A DNA stretch of 64,000 nt from Octopus sinensis (GCF_006345805.1 NC_043020.1:5456001-5520000); one strand, 5' to 3'. Numbered from the stretch's first letter, positions 1-13,524 are shown. Notes: generated by a model from the letters alone, not told the origin. Numbers and translations are program-made.

Positions 1-960
1 TGTGTGTGTGTGTTTGAAGTTGCAAATCTATTGAGAGTGAGTCTGTAGATGAACCACAGAGAGAGAAAGAGAAAAAGAAAGAGAAATATAGAGAGAACAG
101 AGGGCGAGAAAGATATGATGTAAGATAGAGAGAGGGAGAGAGAAGCAGGAGATATAGTAAAGAGAGAGTGAAGAGAGTGGTTGGAGGGGGAAAAAGACAG
201 AAAAACAGAGAGAGCGAGAGAGAGTATGAAAGGGGAGGAGGATTTAATGCGTGTACGTGTATGTGTGAATGTCTGCATGTGTGTTTATGAGTATGTAGCT
301 GTGTCTAAGTAGGTGTGTGTATGTGTTTGTATGTATGAGCTTTGTCTATGAATGTGTATGCGTATGCACGCGCATGTGTGTGTGTGTGTATAGGTGTGTA
401 TCTGTGTCTGTGTGTATGTATGTATGTAGATACATATGTGTTAATATGTAATAAAAGTGAAAGAGAGAGAAAGCGATATATAGACACAGAGAGAGAGAGA
501 CAGACAGACAGACAGAGAGAGAAACAGAAGGATAGAAAGAAAGACAGATACATGAGAGAGAGACAGACAGAGAAACAGAGGGATAAAAAGAAAGACAAAT
601 ACATAAGAGAGAGAGACACAGACAGAGAAACAGAGGGATAAAAAGAAAGACAAATACATGAGACAGAGAGAGACAGACAGAGACACATAAGGATAGAAAG
701 AAAGACAGATACATGAGAGAGAGAGAGACAGACAGAGACACATAAGGATAGAAAGAAAGACAGATACTACATGAAAGAGAGAGAGAGAGTACAAAGGAAC
801 AGAAAAGCGTTGAGTAGGGGATAGGGGCGGTAACTCTAGCCTGATGTTTCGGAATTTCTATTGTTTCTCCTCTCTCCCTCACCCTCCTCTCTCTCTTCTT
901 TCTCTCTCTCTCTCTCTCTCTCCCTCTGACCATTCATCTGTCTCTCTATTCTCTGTCCTT
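1..960. repeat. GA/GACA-rich compound microsatellite with ~50-bp higher-order units
   Basis: (GA)n and (GACA)n runs; recurring GGATAGAAAGAAAGACAGATACATGAGAGAG block at ~530-790. Confidence 0.9.
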
Positions 961-1224
961 CCATGCGCCTTGCTTCTACTCTTTCTCTTTCTCACACACT
1001 TACATACGTGGCACCTGCTTGCGTATTGTCGTCTATCTTTTGTTTCGTTCATTGGTGTTTTGACCAGCTTTATGTTAACACGTGTATGTAAACAATAAGG
1101 GCCTTTATTTATGCATGTATAGGATAGATGCCTATGTGTGTGTGTGTGTGCGCATGCGTAAGTGTATGTACGTAATATATATATTATATATATACACACT
1201 TACGCTCACAAATGTAATATAATA

Positions 1225-1910
<686 letters not shown>

Positions 1911-2480
1911 GCATACATACATTCCACCTGCGATTGGGAATACCTGGATATGTATAGATTACACATGAAGTGTGTGTTTGTGAGTGTGGTATATAAGCGT
2001 ATGTGTTTTATCTGTGCGTGATGTGCGATCGATGTGTAAGTCTTCTGTGTAGAGTGTACGTGCATTTGTGCGGTGTTCCTGTTCTATGTGTGTATGTGTG
2101 TGCGCACGCGTGTGTATGTGTGTATGTGTCATTTGTGCTTATTTATGTAAGTGTTGCATATGTATGTGTGAGTGTTGTGCCGCGTATATACTTTTGTTTG
2201 TCAGTGTTGTGTGTGTGTGTATGTGATTATGAGTGCTGTATGCGTGTGTTTTGCAAGTGTGTGTATATCCACAGCCAGCGCTGTCTTAACACCATTATCG
2301 GCCCCTGGGCGAATCAGCACATTGGACCCTATTATATTTATTTATTAAATCAAATCACAGCATATATAGGTCAGAATTGCATCCCTAGATGCAAGGTGGT
2401 ACTTGTTACAGCGTTCTTGAGTTTTGTATAATTTGGAAAAACCAAGGAAAGCGTACCGGGAATATTCCGTGTGAAGTTAA

Positions 2481-2516
2481 GTATGCAACGTTTCGGAAAG
2501 AGTCCTTCTTCAATGT
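2481..2516 (-). ncRNA. Degenerate minimal type I hammerhead-like motif
   Basis: Minus strand ACA TTGAAGA A GGA CTCTT TCC GAAAC GTT GCATAC; C3 changed to U, stem I poor. Confidence 0.45.
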
Positions 2517-2620
2517 AAAAATGTTATGAGGGAAATAAATAAAAAAGACAAGTGTTTTTTCCATCTATGTACTAGAAACTGGCTGCAACTGCGCAGATTT
2601 TTACTTCCCTTCTATCATCT

Positions 2621-2657
2621 TGACCCTGAAGAAGGACGCTGTCCGAAACGTTGGATA
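2621..2657 (+). ncRNA. Minimal type I hammerhead-like motif
   Basis: CC CTGAAGA A GGAC-GCT-GTCC GAAAC GTT GG: core, 4-bp stem II, ACGT palindrome, only 2-bp stem I. Confidence 0.6.
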
Positions 2658-3266
2658 CTTGCCTCTCCATGGCAATTTCACTGAGTTCTTTCCATCGCTT
2701 TTTTCCTCAATCATACAAGTCTTGCCGACGCAGACCACTACCAGTTTCCTTGGATTCTTTTATCTGATATGTATTTTATATAGAGATGTGTATGTGCGTG
2801 TATACATTCCATATATATATTTGTTTATATTTGTATATATGTTTGTGTGTTTGGAATTTATCTAACTTTTTTCCTTGCAAAATTCAAACTGGTCGCTAAC
2901 AAAGTGACAAGGATTTTTCCTTTATGACAAAACAACTCCAGTTGTCTGTGTATGTGTGAATTGGCTTGTGAGTGGATAAACTTGCACTTCTGAGTCGCAT
3001 GAGCTTCGTTACTGGTTATATGTGTGTCTATGTATATGCCATATGCACATGTGATTGTGTGGACTTATTCCGATCAGATACCTCAAATGGAGAATCCCTG
3101 GAATGTTCCACAATTCCTAACCGTACCTCTAATCCATTTTGCCTGCAGAATAAGAAACAGTTTGCTTTGTTCTTTGTTGAAGAATGCTACCGTTTCTAGA
3201 ACCTTATGCAAATTTGTTCGTTACATACAGAAGCGCAGTGCAGTTATAATATTAGGTACAAAAAAA

Positions 3267-3712
3267 GGCGGCGAGCTGGCAGAAACGTTAGCGCGCCGGG
3301 CGAAATGCTTTGCTGTATTTCATCTGCCGTTACGTTCTGAGTTCAAATTCCGTCGAGGTCGACTTTGCCTATCGTCCTTTCGGGGTCGATTAAATAAGTA
3401 CCAGTTACGCACTGGGGTCGATATAATCGACTTAATCCGTTTGTCTGTCCTTGTTTGTCCTCTCTATTTTTAGCCCCTTGTAGGTAGTAAAGAAATAGGT
3501 ATTTCGTCTGCCGCTACGTTCTGAGTTCAAATTCCGCCGAGGTCGACTTTGCCTTTCATCCTTTCGGGGTCGATTAAATAAGTACCAGTCACGTACTGGT
3601 GTCGATATAATCGTCGTAATCCGTTTGTCTGTCCCTGTTTGTCCCCTCTGTGTGTAGCCCCTTGTGGGCAGTAAAGAAATAGGTATTTCGTCTGTCTTTA
3701 CGTTCTGAGTGA
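3267..3712 (+). mobile_element. SINE family A (tRNA-like head) with tandem internal unit
   Basis: Head GGCGGCGAGCTGGCAGAAACGTTAG, B-box-like GAGTTCAAATTC, ~185-bp body repeated; many copies in window. Confidence 0.9.
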
Positions 3713-3714
3713 CC

Positions 3715-3768
<54 letters not shown>

Positions 3769-3802
3769 TAATAATAACAACCACAACAGCAACAACAACA
3801 TC

Positions 3803-3975
3803 GAAAAATACCTTAGGAATGAGAACCCAGGTTCGAAATTTCCCCAAGACACCTGATGAAGGCTGGAGGGTATATCAGCCGAAACGTTGTATTAACAACA
3901 AACAAGATGAGGACAAATATCCGTCAAATGTAAATAATGTACATAATTCCTCATCTCTTAAATATAGAACTGTAT
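3803..3975 (+). mobile_element. Short Penelope-like pLTR/non-autonomous element carrying a hammerhead motif (3848-3893)
   Basis: GACAC CTGATGA A GGCTG-GAGGGTATAT-CAGCC GAAAC GTT GTATT; element boundaries approximate. Confidence 0.65.
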
Positions 3976-4391
3976 TATAGTGTTGATGTTCCTTTGTTTT
4001 AGCTTTTTTTTTTGTTTTTTTTTTGTTTAATGGAATGTTCCACAAGTATTCTTTACTTTTTTTTTTAGGGTGTGGATACATCCTGGTTCTCGTATGGCCA
4101 GGACAATCCTTCCTCCGAATAACATTGTAAATTGTTTCAGCGACAATGTCATGTCTCGTAGCAAAATAGTATCAAACGGACATTTTTTTCGGCAGCTGTT
4201 GATGATTTGGATGTTATCTTCTTCCACTTCCACTCTGCTCTCGCACACTTGACCTTTTCTATCACAACTTGGACGTTTGCGAACAATCTTAATCCCTCGT
4301 TTCTCAAATATTTAGAAGCTATCTCTTGTTCATGTGTAGCCAAAGCGTAGACCTCTCGGTGAGATGTAATGTAACTATCACAAGCCTGTAG

Positions 4392-5035
4392 AGGTGTGTG
4401 GCTTAATGGCTAGGGTGCCGGACTCATGATTATAAGATTGGGGTTTCGATTCCTGAACCAGGCAACAGATTATGTTCTTGAGTGGAGGCGCAATGGCCCA
4501 GTGGTTAGGGCAGCGGACTCGCGGTCGTAGGATCGCGGTTTCGATTCCCAGACCGGGCGTTGTGAGTGTTTATTGAGCGAAAACACCTAAAAGTTCCACG
4601 AGGCTCCGGCAGGGGATGGTGGTGATCCCTGCTGTACTCTTTCACCACAACTTTCTCTCACTCTTACTTCCTGTTTCTGTTGTAGCTGTATTTCAAAGGG
4701 CCGGCCTTGTCACTCTCTGTGTCACGCTGAATATCCCCGAGAACTACGTTAAGGGTACACGTGTCTGTGGAGTGCTCAGCCACTTACACGTTAATTTCAC
4801 GAGCAAGCTGTTCCGTTGATTCGGATCAACCGGAACCCTCGTCGTCGTAACCGACGAAGTGCTTCCATATGTTCTTGAACAAAACACTTCATTTCACGTT
4901 GCTCCCATCCACTCAGCTGGCAAAAATGAAGTAATCCTGTGAAGGACTGTCGTCCCATCCAGGTGGAGGAATGTATACGCCATGGAAACTGGTCCTTATG
5001 AGTAGGCGTGACTCGAGAGAGAACTTTACCTAACT
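4392..5035 (+). mobile_element. Older tRNA-head SINE (family D-like) interrupted by a family B insertion
   Basis: Head at 4392-4481 resumes at 4868 after duplicated TATGTTCTTGA. Confidence 0.75.
4482..4867 (+). mobile_element. SINE family B (tRNA-Arg-like head, TCG anticodon-like position), full length
   Basis: GGCGCAATGGCCCAGTGGTTAGGGCAGCGGACTCGCGG...GGTTTCGATTCC; 11-bp TSD TATGTTCTTGA (4471-4481, 4868-4878). Confidence 0.9.
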
Positions 5036-5589
5036 TTACTTATTACTAGTGCTGGCAAGGCTGTTATTCCTGTTAATAACATTACTGGTATTCTCTGAAG
5101 GGGCAAGCTGGCGGAATCGTTAGTACGCCGGGCGAAATGCTTAGCGGCATCTCGTCTGCCGTTACGTTCTGAGTTCAAATTCCGCCGAGGTCGACTTTGC
5201 CTTTCAGATTCAGAGATTCAGAGAAAGTTAACACAAGGTGCAGGTTGGATGCATATAGTAGGCTTGGTGACAGGCAATGAGTAACTGGTGGCTATACACA
5301 CACACACACAAACACACACACATACACGCAGACAAGAAGACGAGAAGTGTGCGCGGGGGGTGTCTTTTCGTTTGTCATTTAATTGTTTCAGTCACTAAGT
5401 TACGGCCATGCTGAGGCACTGCCTTCTAGGGTTTAGTTGAACAGATAGATCTCAGTACTTACATTTTAAGTCCGGCACTTAGTCTATCTGTCTCTTTTTA
5501 CCGAACCGCTTGTTTATGGGATCGTAAACAAACTAACAGCGGTTGTCAATCAGTGGAGGGAGCCAAACAGCAGAACCACATTATACACA

Positions 5590-5795
5590 CAAATACATAC
5601 ATTCATGCACACACACACGCACACACACACACACACACACACAAACAGGGAGTAGACAGACAGGCAGATAGACAGACAGACAGACATACGAACGGACAGA
5701 CAGACAGACAGACATTTAGATTGAGAGATAGAGATAGATAGATAGATAGATATACAGACAGACAGACAGACAGGCAGGCAGGCAGGCAGGCAGGC

Positions 5796-5839
<44 letters not shown>

Positions 5840-5888
5840 GGACGGACGGATGGATGGATGGATGGATGGATGGATGGATGGATGGATG

Positions 5889-5980
<92 letters not shown>
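5590..5980. repeat. (CA)n/(GACA)n/(GGCA)n/(GATG)n/(GATA)n graded compound microsatellite
   Basis: Direct reading. Confidence 0.95.
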
Positions 5981-5994
5981 TGCATGCATCATTA

Positions 5995-6295
5995 ACTTTC
6001 AAGAGGAGACTGGCAAATCATTTGAGTTCATTCAGAGATAAAAAAAAGCAAAAGATTCCAAACAAGTCTTAGTAAATTAATCTGGTCTATTAAAAACAAA
6101 AACAAAGACCATACTATCAATTGGGAATTAATTTGTACTGCAAAGTCATACAGACTTGGAACTAAAAGCTGTGACTTGTGCTTAGCGGAATTTTACAAGA
6201 TTTTTACATCTAAGGATAATGTAATAAATTCTAGACAGGAACGAGCTTCGAGATGCTTCCACATGAGGAAATTTACATTTGCCCAGTATAAATAA
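5995..6295 (+). pseudogene. Penelope-like element GIY-YIG endonuclease C-terminal fragment
   Basis: Manual translation TFKRRLANHLSSFRDKK, +1 shift in the A8 run at 6040-6047, then SKRFQTSLSKLIWSIKNKNKDHTINWELICTAKSYRLGTKSCDLCLAEFYKIFTSKDNVINSRQERASRCFHMRKFTFAQYK*; matches my recall of the PLE pattern TFKxRxxNH...LSKxIW...W...CxLCLxE...NxRxE...CxH. Confidence 0.8.
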
Positions 6296-6309
6296 ATAAT
6301 AAACATTTA

Positions 6310-6709
6310 GGCGCAGAAACGGCTGTGTGGTAAGTAGCTTGCTTACCAACCACATGGTTCCAGGTTCATTCCCACTGCGTGGCACCTTGGACAAGTGTCT
6401 CCTACTATAGCCTCGGTCCAACCAAAGCCTTGTGAGTGGATTTGGCAGAGGGAAACTGAAAGAAGCCCGTCGTATATGTGTGCGCGCGTGTGTGTGTGTA
6501 TATATGTTTGTGTGTATGTGTTTGTCTCTCCACCATTGCTTGACAACCGATGGTGGTGTATTTACGTCTCTGTAACTTACCGGTTCGGCAAAAGGGACCA
6601 ATACAATAAGTACAAGGCTTACAAAGTCCTGGGGTCGATTTGCTCTACTAAATGCGGTGCTCCAGCATGGCCGCAGTCAAATGACTGAAATAAGTAAAAG
6701 AGTAAAAGA
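6310..6709 (+). mobile_element. SINE family C (tRNA-like head, CORE-like middle, stem-loop 3' tail), full length
   Basis: GGCTGTGTGGTAAGTAGCTTGC...GGCACCTTGGACAAGTGTC...CAGCATGGCCGCAGTCAAATGACTGAAA...AGTAAAAG tail; >15 copies in window. Confidence 0.9.
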
Positions 6710-6719
6710 TAGTATTTAA

Positions 6720-7262
6720 ACAACATAATGTTTTGAAATAACGGACTATAAGTGATTATCCAATCAAAACTTGAATTGAAGATAGTTCGCGTCTAACTTA
6801 ACGGACAACTCAACGTCATACAACGCAGAGAAGATAAACGAAAAACTTTAAGCGGTTAAATCGAAGGATGTTAAGTAAATACCCTGAAGAGACTACACCT
6901 GTTTCGAAGTAGGGTTACAGTTGCAACGGTAATTAATCGGTACAGTTGAAACATGTGTAGGTCTACGTAAAACTGTATATAGGAAGGAATTTCAACCATT
7001 GTTTCGTGGTCTGCTACCACAACAGCTCTTTTATAGGATCCAGTTAGCTCAAGACATCATTAAGAGGAACCACGTCCGGTTTCAGCCCTTACTCCTCTAC
7101 CGTTTTGACGTGCCCCCCACCCCAACTTTCGGAGGTGTATTCAGCTCTGGTGTTGAGTGCATGTTTTCTTTCTCCTTAGGTTACAATTGCAACGGTTACT
7201 AACTAGTGCAGTTGAAACATGTGTAGGTCTACGTAAAACTGTATATACATATAAAAAGGATT
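6720..7262 (+). mobile_element. Probable Penelope-like 3' region with degenerate hammerhead (6880-6917) and ~80-bp direct repeat
   Basis: CCCTGAAGAGAC...TTCGAAGTAGGG; repeat AGG(G)TTACA(G/A)TTGCAACGGT...GTAAAACTGTATATA at ~6911 and ~7178; lies downstream of the GIY-YIG fragment. Confidence 0.45.
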
Positions 7263-7474
7263 AAATGGTAATCCCTATTATTATTATATTATTATTATTG
7301 TTGATATCATATTATACATATGTGTGTATGTATATGTGTGTGTGTATATATATATATAATTATAATTAGGGTTCAGCAAAAATTTGCTCCACCTTGGTAA
7401 AATTACTTAGTAAAATTATTAATTATTAATTAATTAATTTTTACCCTTTATTATTATTGATATATGTGTATACA

Positions 7475-7507
<33 letters not shown>

Positions 7508-7542
7508 GTATATATGTATGTATGTATATGTATGTATGTATG

Positions 7543-7575
<33 letters not shown>

Positions 7576-8317
7576 GTATATATGTATGCATGCATGTATG
7601 TATTTATGTATGTATATATGTATGTATATATGTATGTATGTATGTTTGTGTGTATGCTGTTTATGAATCTGCCTAGTCTTATGTCTCTACTTGTTTCCCT
7701 TCATATGTGTATTCCATATGTATGTTCGTACGCATGCGCATCTAAATACGTATGTAACGTACGTATATATAGTATATATATGCATGTAAACATTCATGCA
7801 TAAAAGTACGCCTCAGGCATATAATCATAACAAATATATAAGATATATATATTATAATATATATATATCTATATATTATATATATATATATATAGTATAT
7901 ATTATACACGTACACACACCGCGCGCGGATGTCCTTCATTCTGCGTGTCCATTTATCCACTCGGGGGCAAATAATGGCCGAGTGCTTCAACTTGAAACGA
8001 TAAACATGGAGAGAAGCAATTTCCGACTGTGCGGGTAGTCTCTCTCCTCCTCCTTTCTCTCCCTCTCTCTCCCTCTCCCTCTCTCTTTCTCTCTATTCAT
8101 TTATGTATCTATCTATTTATCTTTATCTATCTATCTATCTATCTGCCTATACATCAATCTTTGTCCCCCTCTCACAACTTCTCTCTCTCTCTCTCTCTCT
8201 CCTCTATCTATCTATCTATCTATCTCTATCTCTCTCTCTCTCTCTCCGTCTCAGATCGTTAGTATTTTGTAGTGGACATCTTAAGACTATGATAAAGCCC
8301 GCTTTTACAGCGGAATT

Positions 8318-8660
8318 AGTGGTGGTGGTGGTGGTGGTGGTGGTGGTGGTGGTGGTGGTGGTGGTGGTGGTGGTGGTGGTAGTGGTGGTTATGGTGGTGG
8401 TGGTGGTGCTGGTGGTGCTGGTGGTGCTGGTGGTGGTGCTGGCGGTGGTGGTGGTGGTGGTGGTGGGATGGTGGTGGTAGTGGTGTTGGTGGTGGTAGTG
8501 GTAGTGGTGGTGGTGGTGGTGGTGGTAGTAGTGGTGGTGGTGGTAGTGGTGGTGGTGGTAGTGGTGGTGGTGGTGGTGGCGACGGTGGTGGTGGTGGTGG
8601 TGGTGGCTGTGGCGGCGGCGGCCGTCGTCATCGCAGTCGCTACCGCCATCGTCGTCGTCG
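8318..8660. repeat. (GGT)n trinucleotide tract grading into GGC/GTC
   Basis: Direct reading. Confidence 0.95.
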
Positions 8661-8939
8661 TTGTCATGGTACTTGCAGTCACGGCCATTTTGTATTTTGC
8701 GTTCGAGTTATATCTGCGGTTACAGTTTGTTGATTTTCTCCCAAGGGCAGAGACGAAAGTTAGTGTAGCGAAACCTGAGATGTTGGTCCTCTCAAAAACA
8801 AAAAAAAAAGTCATCTCCCAGTGACAATACATCATCGTGGAACATCACTGAGAAAAGTAGAAAAGTTTAAGTATTTCAGAGTTGTATTCATGGGTCATGG
8901 GAAGCAGGAGGTCAAATTAGATGCTAAACTAAATATGTG

Positions 8940-9075
8940 CGATGGGCTTCTTTCAGTTTCCGTCTACCAAATCCACTCACAACGCCTTGGTCGGCCCAAA
9001 GGCTATAATAAAAGACACTTTCCCAAGGTGCCACGCAGCGGGACTGAACCCGAAACTATGTGGTTGGGAAGCAAA
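8940..9075 (-). mobile_element. SINE family C 5' half
   Basis: Reverse complement of head/CORE-like block. Confidence 0.8.
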
Positions 9076-9400
9076 CTTCAACGAGGGAACTTCTACATTG
9101 CTATTTTACAGGGTAGAAATCGCGATCAAATCTCTCACAAACCTAGTCTTCTTAAATGAGAAGGACACATTGGAAAATAAGGGTCCAGAAATGCGCCAAT
9201 TCCAGTATTTGATTCTCAGAAGACGAAAGAATGGTAAAAATAAGAAAAAGAACCGAATTCGTTGTCTTTGATTTGTTTTTGTGTCTATCCTCATCTATGG
9301 TCATGAACGTTCGACAATGATCGAAAGATTACGATCTTGAATACAAGTGGGCAAAATGGGGGTTCCTTTATATGATCTTGTGAGTACAAGGGGGGAAGTC

Positions 9401-9565
9401 TAACCCTTTAGCCTTTAAACCGGTCATATCCAGCCCAATATATCCTAGCTGATTTATGTTCAGACTGACCGGATCTGGCCTCTCTCACTTGCCCTACAAT
9501 GTTATTCTAAAAATAAACAATCCCGTCATCGAAACCTTGAAGCTATGAGATAATGCAAGATTAAT
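9401..9565 (+). mobile_element. TTAA/CCCTTTAGC piggyBac-like MITE (family F), interrupted by SINE A
   Basis: TAACCCTTTAGCCTTTAAACCGGTCATATCC start; homologous to 41589-41960 and 62936-63151. Confidence 0.65.
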
Positions 9566-9574
9566 ACAAAATAA

Positions 9575-9905
9575 TCCTTTATTATTTCTTTATGGCCCAC
9601 AAGGGGCTACGCACAGAGGGGACAAACAAGGGCAGAAAGAAGGGATTGAGTCGATTATATCGACCCCAGTGCGTAACTGGTATTAATACAAAATAATCCT
9701 TTCTATTCTAGGCACAAGGCCCGAAATTTGTGAGGAGGGGGTAGGTCGATTACATCGACCCCAGTGCGTAAATGGTATTTAATTTATCGAACTAGAAAGA
9801 ACGACAGGCAAGGTCGACCTCAGCGGAATTTGAACTCAGAACGTAAAGACGGACGAAATGCAGCTAAGCATTTCGCCCGGTGTGCTAGCAACTCTGCCAG
9901 CTCAC
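9575..9905 (-). mobile_element. SINE family A fragments
   Basis: Reverse complement of family A body and head. Confidence 0.8.
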
Positions 9906-11339
9906 CACCTTATGATTAATACATAAGTAGAAGACACTTGTCCAAGGTGCCACGCAGTGGGACTGAACCCGGAACCATGTGGTTGGGAAGCAATCTTCTT
10001 GCCACACAACCACGCCTCGTGTAGGTTTGCTATTGTTCCTTGCATGAACATGTTTCAGGGGCCAGAAACCTGTTAAGCTACGCAAAACCTTAGAGACAGA
10101 ACCCTGGTTGTTTTTTTTTTGGGGGGGGGGGTTCCAATAAAAGACATTTAAAGCAAATATTTTTCATGAACTCCTAAAATACTATTGTCTACTCTCATTC
10201 TGCTATTCTGCTTTTTGGGGCCCCAAAGTATCTTAAATAGACCCCGGGTGAGAACCCGTGATTTAAAGGGTAGTAAACAAAGCCAGATGGTTTTCTTCAA
10301 CAACCAGGGGGCCGATCAGAATATATTTTAAATTAGAAAAAGAATACACACATAAATACACACACACACACACACACATACATACATACAACATACATAC
10401 ATACATACATACATACATACATACATACACAAACACATACACACACTGTTGCTACCAGTCGACATTTTCAGTTATACATACACACAGGTAAACACATACA
10501 TACATACATACATACATATATACATACAAACATACATACACACTCACACATACATACATACACACATACACACATACATACATATATACATACACACATA
10601 CACACACACATACATACATACATACATACATACATACACACATACATACATACATACGCCCATACATACATACATACATACATACATACATACGTACATA
10701 CGTACATACATACATACACACATACCTCGGTCTGCTCGATCCGAACCGACCTGGGGTTTAAACGACAATAACTACTACTACTGCTGCTGCTGCCACTGCT
10801 GCTGCTGCTGCTCTGTTTCTGTCCAAAGACATAAAGACTGTAGAAATTCTTCTACTCGACGAATATTCAACCTTTTAAGCAAATTCTTTAACCGACAACG
10901 TTTTTGGCAACTGCCATCTTGGAACCATTTACCATTTTCACTGCCAGATTTACTCCCCCTCTTCCTCCCACCCTCCCTCTCACTCTCCCTCACTCTCTTT
11001 TCTTCTCTCTCTCTCTCTCTGTCTCTCAGCGAATGACCATTGTCCTTAGACACTACTTTGCTCGGCCGTAAAAACGTCAAGCCACTTTTACAGTTTTTGG
11101 CATCTTCGCGTTGCGTTCTTCACTCAATGAACTTTGTTCTTGGAGAGGTTTTAAATAGGGATTATTAGTTCGTTGGGTTTTTGTTTGGTACCATGTGAAC
11201 GTTGAGCAATAAATGGTGGGGGCGGGGATGAGAATGAACGGGCGGTGGTGATGGTGGTGGTGGTGGTGGTGGTGTGGTGGTGGTGGTGGGTGCTTCCTGC
11301 TTTTATTTATGTTTATGGTTACGCATTTCGTAATGGAAG

Positions 11340-11356
11340 AAGAAGATGATGATGAC

Positions 11357-11392
<36 letters not shown>

Positions 11393-11464
11393 GAAGAAGA
11401 AGAAGAAGAAGAAGAAGAAGAAGAAGAAGAAGAAGAAGAAGAAGAAGAAGAAGAAGAAGAAGAA

Positions 11465-11509
<45 letters not shown>

Positions 11510-11525
11510 TACGACGATGATGATG
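11340..11525. repeat. (GAT)n-(GAA)n trinucleotide tract
   Basis: Direct reading; produces the poly-D/E and poly-M/K ORFs. Confidence 0.95.
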
Positions 11526-11543
11526 ATGGCCACGACGACGAAA

Positions 11544-11942
11544 GGCGGCGAGCTGGTAGAATTGTTAGCACGCCGGACGAAATTCTGAGCGGTATTTCGT
11601 CTGCCGCTACGTTCTGAGTTCAAATTCCGCCGAGGTCGACTTTGCCTTTCATCCTTTCGGGGTCGATTAAACAAGTACCAGTTACGCACTGGGGTCGATA
11701 TAATCGACTTAATCCGTTTGTCTGTCCTTGTTCGTCTCCTCTGTGTTTAGCCCCTTGTGGGTAGTAAAGAAATAGGTATTTCGTCTGCCGCTACGTTCTG
11801 AGTTCAAATTCTGCCGAGATCGACTTTGCCTTTCATCCTTTTGGGGTCAATAAATTAAGTACCAGTTGAGTACTGAGGTCGACCTAATCGACTGCCCCAC
11901 CACCAAACAAAATTTCGGGCTTTGTGCCTAGGGTAGAAAAGA
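11544..11942 (+). mobile_element. SINE family A dimeric copy ending in the short-tail variant
   Basis: Head, one full unit, then a second unit ending GTGCCTAGGGTAGAAAAGAAT. Confidence 0.88.
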
Positions 11943-12044
11943 ATGATGATGATGATGATGATGATGACGAGGGGGAGGAGGAGGGGCGGGAAATTAAATA
12001 ATAGAAGGCTAGGGAACACACGTGCGTATGTATATACATATGTT

Positions 12045-12082
12045 TGAGAGTGTCTGCATGCATGTGTGTAGGTATGCATGCT

Positions 12083-12114
<32 letters not shown>

Positions 12115-12326
12115 TGTATGTATGTATGTATGTATGTATGTATGCATGTATGTATGTATGTATGCATGTATGTATGTGTGTATGTATGTATGTACGTACT
12201 TACGTATGTATGTATGTGTAAGCCTGCAATGTATGTATGTGTGTATGTATGTATGTACGTATGTATGTATGTATGTATGTATGTATGTATGTATGTATGT
12301 ATGTATGTATGTATGTATGTATGTAT
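12045..12326. repeat. (TATG)n microsatellite
   Basis: Direct reading. Confidence 0.95.
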
Positions 12327-12477
12327 GAATAATTGAAAAGGTCAACTGGTAACAACATGCATAGCTACAATCAATACAAAAGTACTCAACAGACTAAATG
12401 TAGAGCTGCAGTATATATTGAACGGAACAGGCCCTTACACAACGAGCTCCCTCTGTATTATCTATTAGATAATACAG

Positions 12478-12730
12478 AGGGAGTGGTGGCCAACCCTGCT
12501 ATACTCTTTCACCACAACTTTCTCTCACTCCTTCTTCCTCTTTCGCTTGTACCTGTATTCCAAAGGGCCAGCCTTGTCACACTCTGTGTCACGCTGAATC
12601 TCCCCGAGAACTACGTTAAGGGTGCACATGTCCGTGGAGTGCTCAGCCACTTTCATGTTAATTTCACGAGCAGACTGTTCCGTTGATCGGATCAACTGGA
12701 ACCCTCGTCGTCGTAACCGACCGAGTGCCA
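12478..12730 (+). mobile_element. SINE family B, 5'-truncated
   Basis: Matches 4615-4865. Confidence 0.85.
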
Positions 12731-12941
12731 CGATTAATACATACTAGATTCATAGTCCCTAATTCGTGGCCCTGTCTGTAAAAAGACGCGTTTGGGGTGT
12801 AAAAGTATGCTTTATATTCGTATATAGAGAGAGCTAAATGCTAAATATCAAAGATACCATGTTCAAAACATGGTGGAAGGGCGTGAGTAATATTTTTTTT
12901 ATTTTTTGTGAGATTAAAACTTTTTTGTTAGAAATTTTCGG

Positions 12942-13254
12942 TTAAGAGAAGCTATTTAAGAAACGAAAAATGATTTTATTGCTGTTGAGGTCATCTTCAC
13001 TTTTCATATCTTCAACATCAATACTAATGGGTACTGTGGAAATTCCACAGAGTGAAAAAGATTAACCCCTTTGTTACAATATTTCTGTTGAGATGGAACA
13101 ACACCATTAATTTTATCTACGAGTCGCCACTAATCAGTAACATGGATTGTGACTAAGGTTTGGCGGAAGACTTTAATTCATCACTTTTGAAAACAAGGCA
13201 TTTGTACTCCAGAGCCAGAGGCGGGTTCAGCCGGGTTCGTATGAAAGGGATTAA
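12942..13254 (-). mobile_element. piggyBac-like MITE family G plus adjacent 116-bp spacer
   Basis: Reverse complement of 61489-61840; TTAA at 12942, 13062 and 13251. Confidence 0.75.
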
Positions 13255-13524
13255 ACTGTGCAACCTCATAGATTGGTGTCTGCTTGATTGCGAGTAAGAA
13301 TTAAGCCTTATTTCAAAAGAATAATTCTAAAACCATTTGCACTAGACTGCGCATATTGAGTAGCGAAGCAGAAAAGCTGAAATAGAGAGGAGGACACGAA
13401 AGAGAATTAACATGAAAGGCGACGTGACGTATGAGATGCTGCGAGAGCGTCTCGATCGAATTTTAAGGGTTTCTGCACCTAACAATAAACTGGACATTAC
13501 CATGATTATTATTATTATTATTAT

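Noticed and set aside
4080-4345. Possible Tc1 transposase N-terminal remnant on the minus strand
   Set aside because: Only vague similarity; no TIR or catalytic motif found
8389-8835. Minus-strand ORF with AAAATGGCCG start context and poly-T/P
   Set aside because: Entirely low complexity and closed by a stop inside the (GGT)n tract; no second exon evident
8942-9271. 109-aa ORF including VEIAIKSL
   Set aside because: 5' half is SINE C; no further kinase motifs; weak donor
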